NCBI GenBank assembly: GCA_964187785.1
Contig: OZ076409.1
Coordinates: 73,410,001-73,474,000, forward strand
Origin: Amphiscolops sp. MND2022
Lineage: Eukaryota
Length of the DNA: 64,000 nt
Direction of reading: 5' to 3'
The notes beneath the pieces are model-generated. The model had not been told where the DNA came from and ran no database searches. It saw only the letters and a list, made by a program, of their open reading frames with translations. Below are positions 1 to 13,826 of this stretch, one piece after another; the first letter of the stretch is position 1; each line of letters starts with the position of its first letter. The translations under genes and the position numbers were made by a program.

Positions 1-433
1 TTTTTGAAGGCATCGAGTTGTTCAAGGGGTGGTATGAGACATTTTTTTCTTATATACTACTGTATTTTCCAAAACTTTTTGCCCATTATCTGGGAAAACT
101 AACTTGACAAAAAACTTTCAATTATTTTATTCAAAGGTTACATTATAGAAGAACCCTCTGGTTGATCAGAAACTTTCATCTTTTTCGTTTTCCGAAATAA
201 TTCCCTTCGCATGTGTTATATTTGTAACAGGAAAAAATCCAAAACTAAAAAATACGCAATTTTGCTGAGATAGAATTGCAATGGTTGCGCCTAAAATCTC
301 TCTAAATACTTCTAACGCGACCTTACGGACCCAAAATGATTGAAAATGCCATTCACAATGCTGACATGTGCTTTTTCTACGATCCTGGCTGAACAAGTTT
401 TGCATATTGTTCAAGTACCTGTTAACTGAATTT

Positions 434-483
434 TGTGATAGCCTTTCAAGTTGGCCTTGTGTCAACTTGGGAAGGCTGTCACA
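434..483 (+). other. Long hairpin type A (GATAGCC...GGCTRTC), ~20-22-bp stem
   Basis: TGTGATAGCCTTTCAAGTTGGC-CTTGT-GTCAACTTGGGAAGGCTGTCACA. Copies lie near 2417, 4401, 11145, 17891, 19884, 21867, 23851, 45042 and 59466. Confidence 0.85.
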
Positions 484-805
484 TCAAAAAACTGTCAACA
501 AAAATACCATTGGTTTATAGGATATTGCTGTCGATGCCTAATTTCGTGATTCGATCATGTTGTATGTTCCTTCCATCAAGTCAGCTAACAATTTGATTCA
601 GTGTTTGATAAGAACCTATGATTTTCATGACAATTTTCGTTTTTTTTTGCTAACAAAAAGTACAAATAAAGGATATAAAACATATTTGTAACCTTTAGGA
701 AGTTTAACTTTACCTTTTTTAACCGTTACCATCACCACCCACCCCCTACGACCTCGCAGTGTCATCATTACAACGCCACATAGTGTTGCGACGTGCACAG
801 TCTGT

Positions 806-825
806 GGGCATGCCGAGGCATGCCC
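806..825. promoter_or_regulatory. Conserved palindrome GGGCATGCCGAGGCATGCCC; p53-family response-element-like and/or hairpin (representative copy)
   Basis: It matches RRRCWWGYYY x2 with zero spacer at 19 of 20 positions and is also a perfect 9-bp inverted repeat with a GA loop. It precedes 34 of 38 junctions, e.g. 2790, 4776, 9530, 25532, 26821, 45297, 49102, 55108, 57286, 59747, 63419. Confidence 0.6.
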
Positions 826-847
826 TTCGACGACGTATGCCGAATAC

Positions 848-877
848 CGCGGGCCTACGCCCGCGCTCCCCGGCTAG
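848..877 (+). mobile_element. Helitron-like 3' terminus: GC-rich hairpin followed by CTAG (representative copy)
   Basis: CGCGGGC-CTAC-GCCCGCG (848-865) lies 8 nt upstream of CTAG (874-877). Different hairpins occupy the same place at 9579-9596, 18316-18333, 39708-39721 and 52980-52993. Confidence 0.5.
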
Positions 878-3800
878 GTGGGCGGGGGTAATTCCCCAAC
901 AAAAATTACGGCCGGCGGGTTGGGTCCTGCCGGACGTCAAATAGCAAAGAATATCTAGTAGGAAACGGCGACACAGAATCGCGATTTTTAAATCTAACCA
1001 CAATTTTTTGGACTTGGAGTGCATGCGGCCCTGAAATGCCCATACGAATCGAAGTTCCTGCTGACGTTAAGCGATTGAAATAATATATAAAAAGTTATGG
1101 CCCATTTTTGGGTCACCGAGAAGGGCAAAATGAGGAAAATTTTAACTAAGTCGCTGATAACTCAAAATGTGTTAATTTTTGGACATTGACTGTGAAACAA
1201 GCTTGGAACCTTCATTTCGTGGCTGTGGCATTGCACTGAACACAAAAGATGTAAAGTTTTTACATTTTTTGAAAATTCGACATTTTTGAATTTTTTTTCA
1301 CTAGTATCAGCACCCCATATGTCAAAAACGCCTCAGAAAAAAATTTTTATTTGCTTTAAATTGGAAACCTTGGTATCCATGGTTTCTGTCGGAACCTACT
1401 CGCAGCCAAACACCCAACAGTTTGCATCCAATGTGAAAAGAAAAATTTTTTCTGGGTCATAAGCGTTTCACAAGGATTTCTCAACTTAGTATTAATTTAC
1501 AAAATGGTCATTTTGAACACAAAATTTTCATCGAGGCTTGTCGGCTATAGGCTTAATGTTCTAGAACGGTCCCACTGGCAACGTAGGAACCATTTATAGT
1601 AATTCAAAGTTATAAAAAAATTTTTTCACCCGTTCTTCAGTCATTTTTCAGACATTCGGAACTTATCTTAGAAAAATTTCGTCTCAAACACCCGTTTTTT
1701 GACAGGTCGAAAAATCAAATTAGGATTTTTAAGCAAAATTATTATTTCTGACGTAACCCATGGGGCCCATGATACTCAAAACAACGATTGACACTGGTAT
1801 CAATGGCTCCAATAACATATGAGTCGCGATAAGACGTTATTTTGAGCAATACGTCTCAATTGAGGTAAACATCTCGCAAGCCTGGGATCACAGTGAAATG
1901 TAAATTCATCAAAAATTTACTCATTTTTGTCAATCACTATGTGCACAGAGTGCGTAGGGTGAGTTCCAGCACTATAATGAGGTTTTTGAAGGCATCGGGT
2001 TGCTCAAGGGGTGGTATGAGACATTTTTGTCCCATATACTACTGTATTTTCCAAATTTTTTAGCCCAATATCTGGGAATAGAAATTTGACAAAATACTTT
2101 CAACTACTTTATTCAGAGGTTACAATATAGATGAACACTGTGGTTGATCAGAAACTTTCATCTCTTTCGTTTTCCGAAATTTTTCTCTTCGCATGTGTTA
2201 CATTTGTAGCAGAAAAAAAGTCGATACTGAAAAATACGCTATTTTGCTAATATAGAATCGCAATGATTGTGCCTAAAAACTCTTTAAACACTTCTAACGC
2301 AACCTTACGCACCCAAAATGATCGAAAATGCTATTCACAATGGTGACATGTGCTCTTTCAACGATCCTGACTGAACAATTTTCGCAAATTATTCAAGTAC
2401 CTGTTAACTGAATCTCGTGATAGCCTTTTAAGTTGGCCTTGTGTCAACTTGGGAAGGCTATCACATCAAAAAATTTGCAACAAAAATACATTTTGTTTAT
2501 TGGAAATGACAGTCGATGTATAATTTTGTGATTCTATACTACCGTTAGTACCTTCCATTAAGTCACCTGACGATTGCATCCAGTCTTTGATAAATACCTA
2601 TGAACTCGAAGTCATATTTATAAATTTTGTGCTAAAAATAAACATAAAAATTATCCAAATTATTTAAAATTGAGTCTTTACCGTTTTTGTTTTTCTTTTT
2701 CTACTGTTATTAGGCCCATCAACTTCCTACAGCCACGCTCTCTGTCATACCGTACAACGCCACATAGTGTTGCGACGTGCACAGTCTGTGGGCATGCCGA
2801 GGCATGCCCTTCGACGACGTATGCCGAATACCGCGGGCCTACGCCCGCGCTCCCCGGCTAGGTGGGCGGGGGTAATTCCCCTTCAAAAAATTCGGCCGGC
2901 GGGTTGGGTCCTGCCGGACGTCAAATAGTGTGAAACATCCAGTAGGAAACGGCGACATAAATCAGCGATTTTAAAATTTAACCGTTAGAATTCGGACTTG
3001 GAGTGCATGCGGCCCCAAAATGCCCATACGAATCGAAGTTCCTGCTGACGTTAAGCGATAAAAACACTTTATAAAAAGTTATGGCCCATTTTACGTTCAC
3101 TTAGAGAGGTAAAATGAGGAAAATTTTAACAAAGTCGCTGATAACTCAAAATGTGTTAATTTTTGGCTTTTGACTGTGAAACAAGCTTAGAACCTTCATT
3201 TCGTGGCTGTGGCATTGCACTGAACACAAAAGATGTAAATTTTTTTAAATTTTTTGAAAATTCGACATTTTTGAATTTTTTTTCACTACTATCAGTACCC
3301 GATATGTCAAAAACACATCAGAAAATTTTTTTTATTTGCTTTAAATTGGAAACCTTGGTATCCATGGTTTCTGTCGGAACCTACTCGCTGCCAAACACCC
3401 AACAGTTTGCATCCAATGTGAATTTAAAATGTTTTTCGAGGTCATAAGGGTCTCACAAGGTTTTCATAACTTAGTATTAAACTACAAACTGGTCATTTTC
3501 AACATAATATCTTTGTCGAGGCAAGTCGGATATAGTCCTATTGCTCACGAACGGTCCTACTGGCAACGTAATAACCATTTATAGAAATGTAAAGTTATAA
3601 AAAAATTTTTCACCCGGTCTTCAGTCATTTTTCAGTCATTCGGAACTTAACTTAGAAAAATTTCGACCAAAATATCCATTTTTTGTCAGGTCGAAAAATC
3701 AAATTCAGGTTTTTAAGCAAAATTATTAACTCTGACGTAACCCATGGGGCCCATGATACTCAAAACAACGATTGACACTGGTATCAATGGCTCCAATAAC

Positions 3801-6800
3801 ATATGAGTCGCGATAAGACGTTATTTTGAGCATTACGTCTCAATTGAGGTAAAGATCTCGCAAGACAGTGATCACTGTGAAATGTGATTTCATCAAAAAT
3901 TTACTCTTTTTTGTCAATCACTATGTGTACAGAATGCGTAGGGTGCGTTTCAGCACTATAATGAGGTTTTTGAAGGCATCGAGTTGCTCAAGGGGTGGTA
4001 TGAGACATTTTTGTCCCATATACTACTGTATTTTCCAAAAATTTTAGCCCAATATCTGGAAATACAAACTTGACAAAATACTTTCAACTACTTTATTCAA
4101 AGGTTACAATATAGATGAACACTGTGGTTGATCAGAAACTTTCATCTCTTTCGTTTTCCGAATTATTTCCCTTCGCATGTGTTACATTCGTAGCAGAAAA
4201 AAAATCGAAACTGAAAAATACGCTATTTTGCTAATATAGAATCGCAATGATTGTGCCTAAAAACTCTTTAAACACTTCTAACGCAACCTTACGCACCCAA
4301 AATGATCGAAAATGCTATTCACAATGGTGACATGTGCTCTTTCTACGATCCTGGCTGGACAAGGTTTGCATATTTTTCAAGTACCTGTTAACTGAATCTC
4401 GTGATAGCCTTTTCAGTTGGCCTTGTGTCAACTTGGGAAGGCTATCACATCAAAAAACCATCAACAAAAATAGTTTTTGTTTATTGGATCTTACAGTCGA
4501 TACTTTTTTTCGTGATTCTATACTACCGTTAGTATATTTCATCAGGTCACCTTACGATTGCATTCAGTCTTTGATAAAAACCTATGAACTCAAAGTCACA
4601 TTTATATATTTTTTTGCCAGAAAATAACATAAAAAATATCTAAAATATATAAAATAGAGTCTTTAACATTTTTACGTTTCAAGTTTTTGCCGTTATTAGG
4701 CCAATCAACGTCCTAGAGCCACATCCTGCCACATACTGTACAACGCCACATAGTGTTGCGACGTGCACAGTCTGTGGGCATGCCGAGGCATGCCCTTCGA
4801 CGACGTATGCCGAATACCGCGGGCCTACGCCCGCGCTCCCCGGCTAGGTGGGCGGGGGTAATTCCCCAACTAAAAAATCGGCCGGCGGGTAGGGTCCTGC
4901 CGGCCGTCCAAAATCAAAAATATACTAGTAGAAAACGGCCGGTCAAACGAGCTATTTTTTTATTTAACCGTTAGAATTTGGGTTTAGATTGCATGCGGCC
5001 ATGAAATGGCCATACGAATCGAAGTTCCTGCTGACGTTTTGCGATTGAAACACTTTATAAAAAGTTATGGCCAATTTGTCAGTCACCTAGAAGGGCAAAA
5101 TGAGGAAAATTTTAACAAAGTCGCTAATAACTCAAAATGTGTTATTTTTTGGACTTTGACTGTGAAACAAGCTTGGAACCTTCATTTCGTGGCTGTGGCA
5201 TTGCACTGAACCCAAAAGATGTAAAGTTTTTACATTTTTTGAAAATTTGACATTTTTGAAATTTTTTTCACTACTATCAGTACCATATATGTCAAAAACA
5301 CCTCAGAAAAAAAATTTTATTTGCTTTAACTTGGAAACCTTGGTATCCATGGTTTCTGTCGGAACCTACTCGCAACCAAACAACCAACAGTTTGCATCCA
5401 ATGTGAAAATAAAAAATTTTTCTGGGTCATAAGCGTTTCACAAGGATTTCTCAACTTAGTATTAATTTACAAAATGGTCATTTTGAACACAATATTTTCA
5501 TCGAGGCTTGTCGGCTATAGCCTTAATGTTCTAGAACGGTCCCACTGGCAACGTAGGAACCATTTATAGTAATAGAAAGTTTAAAAAAATATTTTCACCC
5601 TGTCTTCAGTCATTTTTCAGTCATTCGGAACTTAACTTAGAAAAATTTCGACCAAAATACCCATTTTTTGACAGATCGAAAATTCAAATTCAACTTTTTA
5701 AGCAAAATTAGTAACTCTGACGTAACCAGTGGGGCTCATGATACTCAAAAACACGATTGGGACTGGTACCAATGGCTCCAATATCATATGAGCCGCGATA
5801 AGACGTTATTTTGAGCAATACGTCTCAATTGAGGGAAACATCTCGCAAGCCTGGGATCACAGTTAAAAGTGATTTCGTCAAAAATTTACTCTTTTTCGTC
5901 AATCACTATGTACACAGAGTGCGTAGGGTGAGTTTCAGCACTATAATGCGGTTTTTGAAGGAATCGGTCTGCTCAAGGGGTGGTATGAGACATTTTTTTT
6001 GCATGTAGTACTATATTTCTCAAAACTTTTAGCCCAATATCTCGAAAAGCTCACTTCGCAAATTACTTTCAGTTACTCTATTCGAAGCTTAGAATTTATA
6101 TGAACACTGTGGTTGATCAGAAACTCTTGACTATTTTGTTTTTGGAAAAAAACTGCCTTGCATGTGTTACATTAGTGGCAGGAAAAATACCAGTAGCTCC
6201 AAAAATCACAATTTTGGACGGACAGACCTGCAATGATGCAAAGCAAAAACGTTTCAACAACTTCTGGCGCCACTTTTTTTACCCAAGAGGTTCGAAATTA
6301 CTATTAACAATGCTGACATTCGCTATAAATAAGATCGAGGTCAATTTACTAACACTTAGGTTATACATTTATATCTGAGAAACCATTCTTTGTCAGGTCG
6401 CAATTTTAAATTTAGTTTGGGAAGCAATACTTTTCACTCTGAAGCAAACCGTTGGGCCCAAATTACTCAAAAACTACAAAAAGACTGTCACCATATGCCC
6501 TAATAGCATATGAGATTCGACCGTATGTTTTTAACACAAAAACTCTCATCCGAAGTAAACATGTTGAAAGCCTTGAATCACCGTGAGAAATGATTTCATC
6601 AAAAAATATTCCTTTTTCGTCAATCTTTATCTACACAGAACACGTTGTGTCATTTTCAGCCGTGAAATGAGCTTCTACCGTAATATGGGTTGCTCAAGGT
6701 GTTGTATAAGACAAAAACTTCCTCTTTTCTACTATCTTCTTCAAATATTTCAACCCTTTGTCACAAGAAGTTAATATTCAAAATCTCTTTGAAATGTTTC

Positions 6801-7081
6801 TTTAGGTTGGGGTGAAGTGTTAGAACAATAATTATGATCGAAGAATGATAGTATTGGTGTTTGGACCATGTCCGGATGAACAAATTGCAAAATCATGAAA
6901 AATTTCTTACCATTTTTGGTCATTTTGTCAGTACTAAAAATGTTAGCTGAAAAAGAATTTTTTGATGGCACCATTGGATTCCTCTCAAAAAGTTAGCTAT
7001 ATGAACTGTGTAATAACCCCGTATCTTTTCAATTTAAATAATTTTAAAAAGCAAACTTTTTTGACTAAAATCCTAAAAATG

Positions 7082-8425
7082 ATACCATTTCCTAAAAAAT
7101 TTCAAATGCCCCCCATTTGACGTATAAGAATAGCACAGAAAACTATCACATACCGATCGACTCTACTTCCATTGTAGATTACCAGAATTTTGTTTAGAAC
7201 AATTTTTGACGGATGCAAAAAAAATTTAAACCCTCCAAAAAAGGGCCAAAATTACACGAAAAAATTGACCTTAAAATTTTAAAATGTCGAAAAATCATCA
7301 AAACCACAGCTTCTTGGGGTTCTATCAACTACACGTGGTCCACAGAGTATGTTAAAACAAGTTTTACCCGTATTTGAGCAATATGTGAAAAAGCCGACTT
7401 TTTTGGGAATGAAAAACATACTATTTCCTAAAAAATTTCAAACGCACCCCATTTGACGTATAAGAATAGCACAGAAAACTATCACATACCGATCGACTCT
7501 ACTTCCATTGTAGGTTACCAGAATCTTGTTTAGAACAATTGTTGACGGATGCAAAAAAAAATTAAACCCTCCAAAAATGGGCCAAAATTACACGAAAAAA
7601 TTGACTTAAAATTTTAAAATGTCAAAAAATCATCAAAACCACAGCTTCTTGGGGTTCTATCAACTCCACGTGGTCCACAGAGTATGCTAAAACAGGTTTT
7701 ACATGTTTCTGAGCTATATGTGAAAAAACCGACATTTTGGGGAAGAAAAACATACCATTTCTTAAAAAATTTCAAATGCACGCCATTTGCCGTATGAGAA
7801 TAGCACAGAAAACTATCACATACCGATCAACTCTACTTCTATTGTAGATTATCAGATTTTTGTTTAGAACAAATTTTTATGGATATAAAAAATTTTTAAA
7901 CCCTCCAAAAATGAGCCAAAATAACACGAAAAAATGGACCCTAAATTTTTAAAATGTCAAAAAATTATCCAAACCACAGCTTCTTGGGGTTCTATCAGCT
8001 CCACGTGGTCCACAGAGTATGCTAAAACAGGTTTTGCCCGTTTTTGAGCAGTATATGAAAAAGCCGACATTTTTGGGGAAGAAAAACATACCATTTCCTA
8101 AATAATTTCAAATGCAGGCAATTTGCCATATGAGAGTAGCACAGAAAACTATCACACACCGATCAACTCTACTTCTTTTGTAGATTATCAGAATTATGTT
8201 TAGAGTAAAGTTTTATGGATATGAAAAATTTTTATACCCTCCAAAAATGGGCCAAAATGACACGAAAAAATTGACCTCAAATTTTTAAAATGTCAAAAAA
8301 TTATCCAAACCACAGCGTCTTGGCGTTCTATCAACTCCAAATGACCTTCAGAGTATACCAAACCAGGTATTGCCAATCTTTTGAGCAATATTTAAAAACA
8401 CCGACTATTTGGCAAGAACACCATA
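7082..8425 (+). repeat. Internal tandem repeat, 4 x ~335 bp
   Basis: ATAC(C/T)ATTTC(C/T)TAAA starts at 7082, 7418, 7752 and 8088. Copies share GAATAGCACAGAAAACTATCACA and CACGTGGTCCACAG; the fourth copy is more diverged. Confidence 0.92.
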
Positions 8426-11400
8426 ATATGTTCCATATAAGAAGTGAATCATTCCACATATATACCCGGTCTAATATTTCCAAATTAGCGATAACATTTA
8501 TACATGATGGTTTTTGAAAGTGAGCTTCATAAGAGGTTGAGATGTAATAATACGTAAATGGACCCTAAGTTTCATTGAAATCTCAATGGAATACGTCCAA
8601 TCAACTTCAATCCTAACTATTATATAACAAAAAACACTTGAGTACATTCCATCTCCCCATCGGGGGAGATGAGAATGTACTTTTCAAAAGCCAAAAACTT
8701 CGAATTTTAAATCTTTTGTAACATTGTATGTAACTGTTGAAACGATGAACGAATGAAAATGCTTCTAGTACCTTCATCAATTTTTGCTTCAGCTCCTATT
8801 TCTGCAGAACAAAACCAAAAGACACACTTACAGCAGTTAAGTTCGATTGTATAACTCAGTGAGTAAAGGTATGACTGAGGAAGTTCACAAGTTGTTTCAA
8901 AAGTTTCCGGCCTTCCAAAATCATGAAACGTCCACACAACCAAGATAGCAAGTGAAAGAATGCTGAATGCACCTTATTAGATGAGATAAATAATGTGTGG
9001 AACTTGCCATTATCTCAAGATGACGTTGATTTATGATCTTTTAAGGATAGTTCGATATGTGACCACAATAGTGGAAAACTTATTACTATTTGAAGAACAC
9101 CGTGGAAAGCGTTCAGAAAGGACAGTATATTTGTTTCGAGCATGCATGCGTGTGTTCCTTTGGTGACGTTAGCTTAGTGTACATGACGGAGGTATTCGAG
9201 AGATTATGATAGAGTTTACTCACAAGTCTTTGTTTTTTTAAACTTTCTATGCCGTTGAGTACATTCGTAAGGTACATCCATCCCCTTCTCTGGGAATGTA
9301 CGTTTGCCAAATGACTGTCATCCAAAATTCGTAATCCGGACGAGTTTAACTACATAAACATGTGATGAGCGTTTTCAATTCACAACCGAATAACATTTTT
9401 TTCTCGAAAATGATGATGGTTTTGATTTTGATGTCTTCTACTTTTATCATCATGCAAACGACCTTACCATGTCTCTCTTCTGTCGTCATTTGTACAACGC
9501 CACATAGCGTTCCGACGCCCACCGTCTGTGGGCATGCCGAGGCATGCCCTTCGACGACGTATGCCAAATGAGCCATACCCGCACTCTGGAGTGCGGTAGC
9601 GGCTAGGTGGGCGGGGGTAATTCCCCTTCAAAAAATTCGGCCGGCGGGTTGGGTCCTGCCGGACGTCAAATAGTGTGAAACATCCAGTAGGAAACGGCGA
9701 CATAAATCAGCGATTTTGAAATTTAACCGTTAGAATTCGGACTTGGAGTGCATGCGGCCCCAAAATGCCCATACGAATCGAAGTTCCTGCTGACGTTAAG
9801 CGATAAAAACACTTTATAAAAAGTTATGGCCCAATTTACGTTCACTTAGAGAGGTAAAATGAGGAAAATTTTAACAAAGTTGCTGATAACTCAAAATACA
9901 ATAATTTTTGGCTTTTGACTGTGAAACAAGCTTGGAACCTTCATTTCGTGGCTGTGGCATTGCACTGAACACAAAAGATGTAAAGTTTTCACATTTTTTG
10001 AAAATTCGACATTTTTGAATTTTTTTTCACTACTATCAGTACACTATATATCAAAAACACCTCTGAAAAATTTTTTTTTTGCTTAAATTTAGAAACCTCG
10101 GTATCCATGGTTTCCGTCAGTACCTACTCGCTGCCAAACACTCAACAGTTTGCATCCAATGTGAAAATAAAATTTTTTTCGAGGTCTTAGGTGTTTCACA
10201 AGGATTTCTCAACTTAGTATCAATTTACAAATTGGTCATTTTGAACACATTATTTTCATCGAAGCGTGTCATATACCGCCCTAATGCTCACGAACGGGCC
10301 TACTGGCAACGTTGGAACCATTTATAGTAATAAAAAGTTTTAAAAAAATTTTTTCACCCCGTCTTCAGTCATTTTACACACTTTCGGAACTTAACTTAGA
10401 AAAATTTCAACCAAAAACCCATTTTTTGTCAAGTCGAAAATTCAAATTCAGCTTTTTAATCAAAATAAATAAATCTGACATAACCAGTGGGGCCCATGAA
10501 ACTCAAAACCACGATTGAGACTGGTATCAATGGCTCCAATAACATTTGAGTCGCGATAAGACGCTATTTTGAGCAAAACATCTCAATTGAGGTAAAGATC
10601 TCGCAAGCCAGCGATCACTGTGAAATGTGATTTCATCAAAAATTTACTCTTTTTTGTCAATCACTATGTGCACAGAATGCGTAGGGTGCGTTTCAGCACT
10701 ATAATGAGGTTTTTGAAGGCATCGAGTTGCTCAAGGGGTGGTATGAGACATTTTTGTCCCATATACTACTGTAGTTTCCAAAATTTTTACCCCAATATCT
10801 GGAAATACAAACTTGACAAAATACTTTCAACTACTTTATTCAAAGGTTACAATATAGATGAACACTGTGGTTGATAAGAAACTTTCATCTCTTTCGTTTT
10901 CGGAAATATTTCCGTTCGCATGTGTTACATTCATAGCAGAAAAAAAAATCGAAACTGAAAAATACGCTATTTTGCTGATATAGAATCGCAATGATTGTGC
11001 CTAAAAACTCTTTAAACACTTCTAACGCAACCTTACGCACACAAAATGATCGAAAATGCTATTCACAATGGTGACATGTGCTCTTTCTACGATCCTGGCT
11101 GGACAAGGTTTGCATATTTTTCAAGTACCTGTCAGCTAAATCTTGTGATAGCCTTTTCAGTTGGCCTTGTGTCAACTTGGGAAGGCTATCACATCAAAAA
11201 ACTATCAACAAAAATAATTTTTGTTTATTGGATCTTACAGTCGATACTTTTTTTCGTGATTCTATACTACCGTTAGTATATTTCATCAGGTCACCTTACG
11301 ATTGCATTCAGTTTTGATAAAAACCTATGAACTCAAAGTCACATTTATATATTTTTTTGCCAGAAAATAACATCAAAAATATCTAAAATATATAAAATAG

Positions 11401-13826
11401 AGTCTTTAACATTTTTACGTTTCAAGTTTTTGCCGTTATTAGGCCAATCAACGTCCTAGAGCCACATCCTGCCACATACTGTACAACGCCACATAGTGTT
11501 GCGACGTGCACAGTCTGTGGGCATGCCGAGGCATGCCCTTCGACGACGTATGCCGAATACCGCGGGCCTACGCCCGCGCTCCCCGGCTAGGTGGGCGGGG
11601 GTAATTCCCCAACAAAAAAATCGGCCGGCGGGTCGGGTCCTGCCGGCCGTCCAAAATCAAAATCCTCCTAGTAGAAAACGGCATGTCAAACGAGCTATTT
11701 TTTTATTTAACCATACGAATTTCACCATTTTTTGCATGCGGCCCTGAAATGGCCATACGAGACGAAGTTCCTGCTGACGTTTTGCGATGTAAATGTTTTA
11801 TAAAAAGTTATGGCCGATTTGTCATTCACCTAGAAGGGTAAAGTGAGGAAAATTTTAACAAAGTCGCTGATAACTCAAAATGTGGTAATTTTTGGACTTT
11901 GACTGTGAAACAAGCTTGGAACCTTCATTTCGTGGCTGGGGCATTGGATTGAACACAAAAGATGTAAAGTTTTTACATTTTTTGAAAATTTGACATTTTT
12001 GAAATTTTTTTCACTACTATCAGTACCATATATGTCAAAAACACCTCAGAAAAAAAATTTTATTTGCTTTAACTTGGAAACCTTGGTATCCATGGTTTCT
12101 GTCGGAACCTACTCGCAACCAAACAACCAACAGTTTGCATCCAATGTGAAAATAAAAAATTTTTCTGGGTCATAAGCGTTTCACAAGGATTTCTCAACTT
12201 AGTATTAATTTACAAAATGGTCATTTTGAACACAATATTTTCATCGAGGCTTGTCGGCTATAGCCTTAATGTTCTAGAACGGTCCCACTGGCAACGTAGG
12301 AACCATTTATAGTAATAGAAAGTTTAAAAAATATATTTTCACCCTGTTTTCAGTCATTTTTCAGTCATTCGGAACTTAACTTAGAAAAATTTCGACCAAA
12401 ATACCCATTTTTTGACAGATCGAAAATTCAAATTCAACTTTTTAAGCAAAATTAGTAACTCTGACGTAACCAGTGGGGCTCATGATACTCAAAAACACGA
12501 TTGGGACTGGTACCAATGGCTCCAATATCATATGAGCCGCGATAAGACGTTATTTTGAGCAATACGTCTCAATTGAGGGAAACATCTCGCAAGCCTGGGA
12601 TCACAGTTAAAAGTGATTTCGTCAAAAATTTACTCTTTTTCGTCAATCACTATGTACACAGAGTGCGTAGGGTGAGTTTCAGCACTATAATGCGGTTTTT
12701 GAAGGAATCGGTCTGCTCAAGGGGTGGTATGAGACATTTTTTTTGCATGTAGTACTATATTTCTCAAAACTTTTAGCCCAATATCTCGAAAAGCTCACTT
12801 CGCAAATTACTTTCAGTTACTCTATTCGAAGCTTAGAATATATATGAACACTGTGGTTGATCAGAAACTCTTGACTATTTTGTTTTTGGAAAAAAACTGC
12901 CTTGCATGTGTTACATTAGTGGCAGGAAAAATACCAGTAGCTCCAAAAATCACAATTTTGGACGGACAGACCTGCAATGATGCAAAGCAAAAACGTTTCA
13001 ACAACTTCTGGCGCCACTTTTTTTACCCAAGAGGTTCGAAATTACTATTAACAATGCTGACATTCGCTATAAATAAGATCGAGGTCAATTTACCAACACT
13101 TAGGTTATACATTTATATCTGAGAAACCATTCTTTGTCAGGTCGCAATTTTAAATTCAGTTTGGGAAGCAATACTTTTCACTCTGAAGCAAACCGTTGGG
13201 CCCAAATTACTCAAAAACTACAAAAAGACTGTCACCATATGCCCTAATAGCATATGAGATTCGACCGTATGTTTTTAACACAAAAACTCTCATCCGAAGT
13301 AAACATGTTGAAAGCCTTGAATCACCGTGAGAAATGATTTCATCAAAAAATATTCCTTTTTCGTCAATCTTTATCTACACAGAACACGTTGTGTCATTTT
13401 CAGCCGTGAAATGAGCTTCTACCGTAATATGGGTTGCTCAAGGTGTTGTATAAGACAAAAACTTCCTCTTTTCTACTATCTTCTTCAAATATTTCAACCC
13501 TTTGTCACAAGAAGTTAATATTCAAAATCTCTTTGAAAGGTTTCTTTAGGTTGGGGTGAAGTGTTAGAACAATAGTTATGATCGAAGAATGATAGTATTG
13601 GTGTTTGGACCATGTCCGGATGAACAAATTGCAAAATCATGAAAAATTTCTTACCATTTTTGGTCATTTTGTCAGTACTAAAAATGTTAGCTGAAAAAGA
13701 ATTTTTTTGATGGCACCATTGGATTCCTCTCAAAAAGTTAGCTATATGAACTGTGTAATAACCCCGTATCTTTTCAATTTAAATAATTTTAAAAAGCAAA
13801 CTTTTTTGACTAAAATCCTAAAAATC

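Noticed and set aside
801..840. tRNA, 5S, snRNA or spliced-leader gene repeat (CTTCGAC resembles a B box)
   Set aside because: I see no cloverleaf, A box, Sm site or similarity to an RNA family I can recognise.
1050..1080. Possible hammerhead ribozyme core (CTGACG...GAAA)
   Set aside because: The sequence is CTGACGT rather than CTGANGA, flanking helices are not evident, and the downstream GAAA is not conserved among units.
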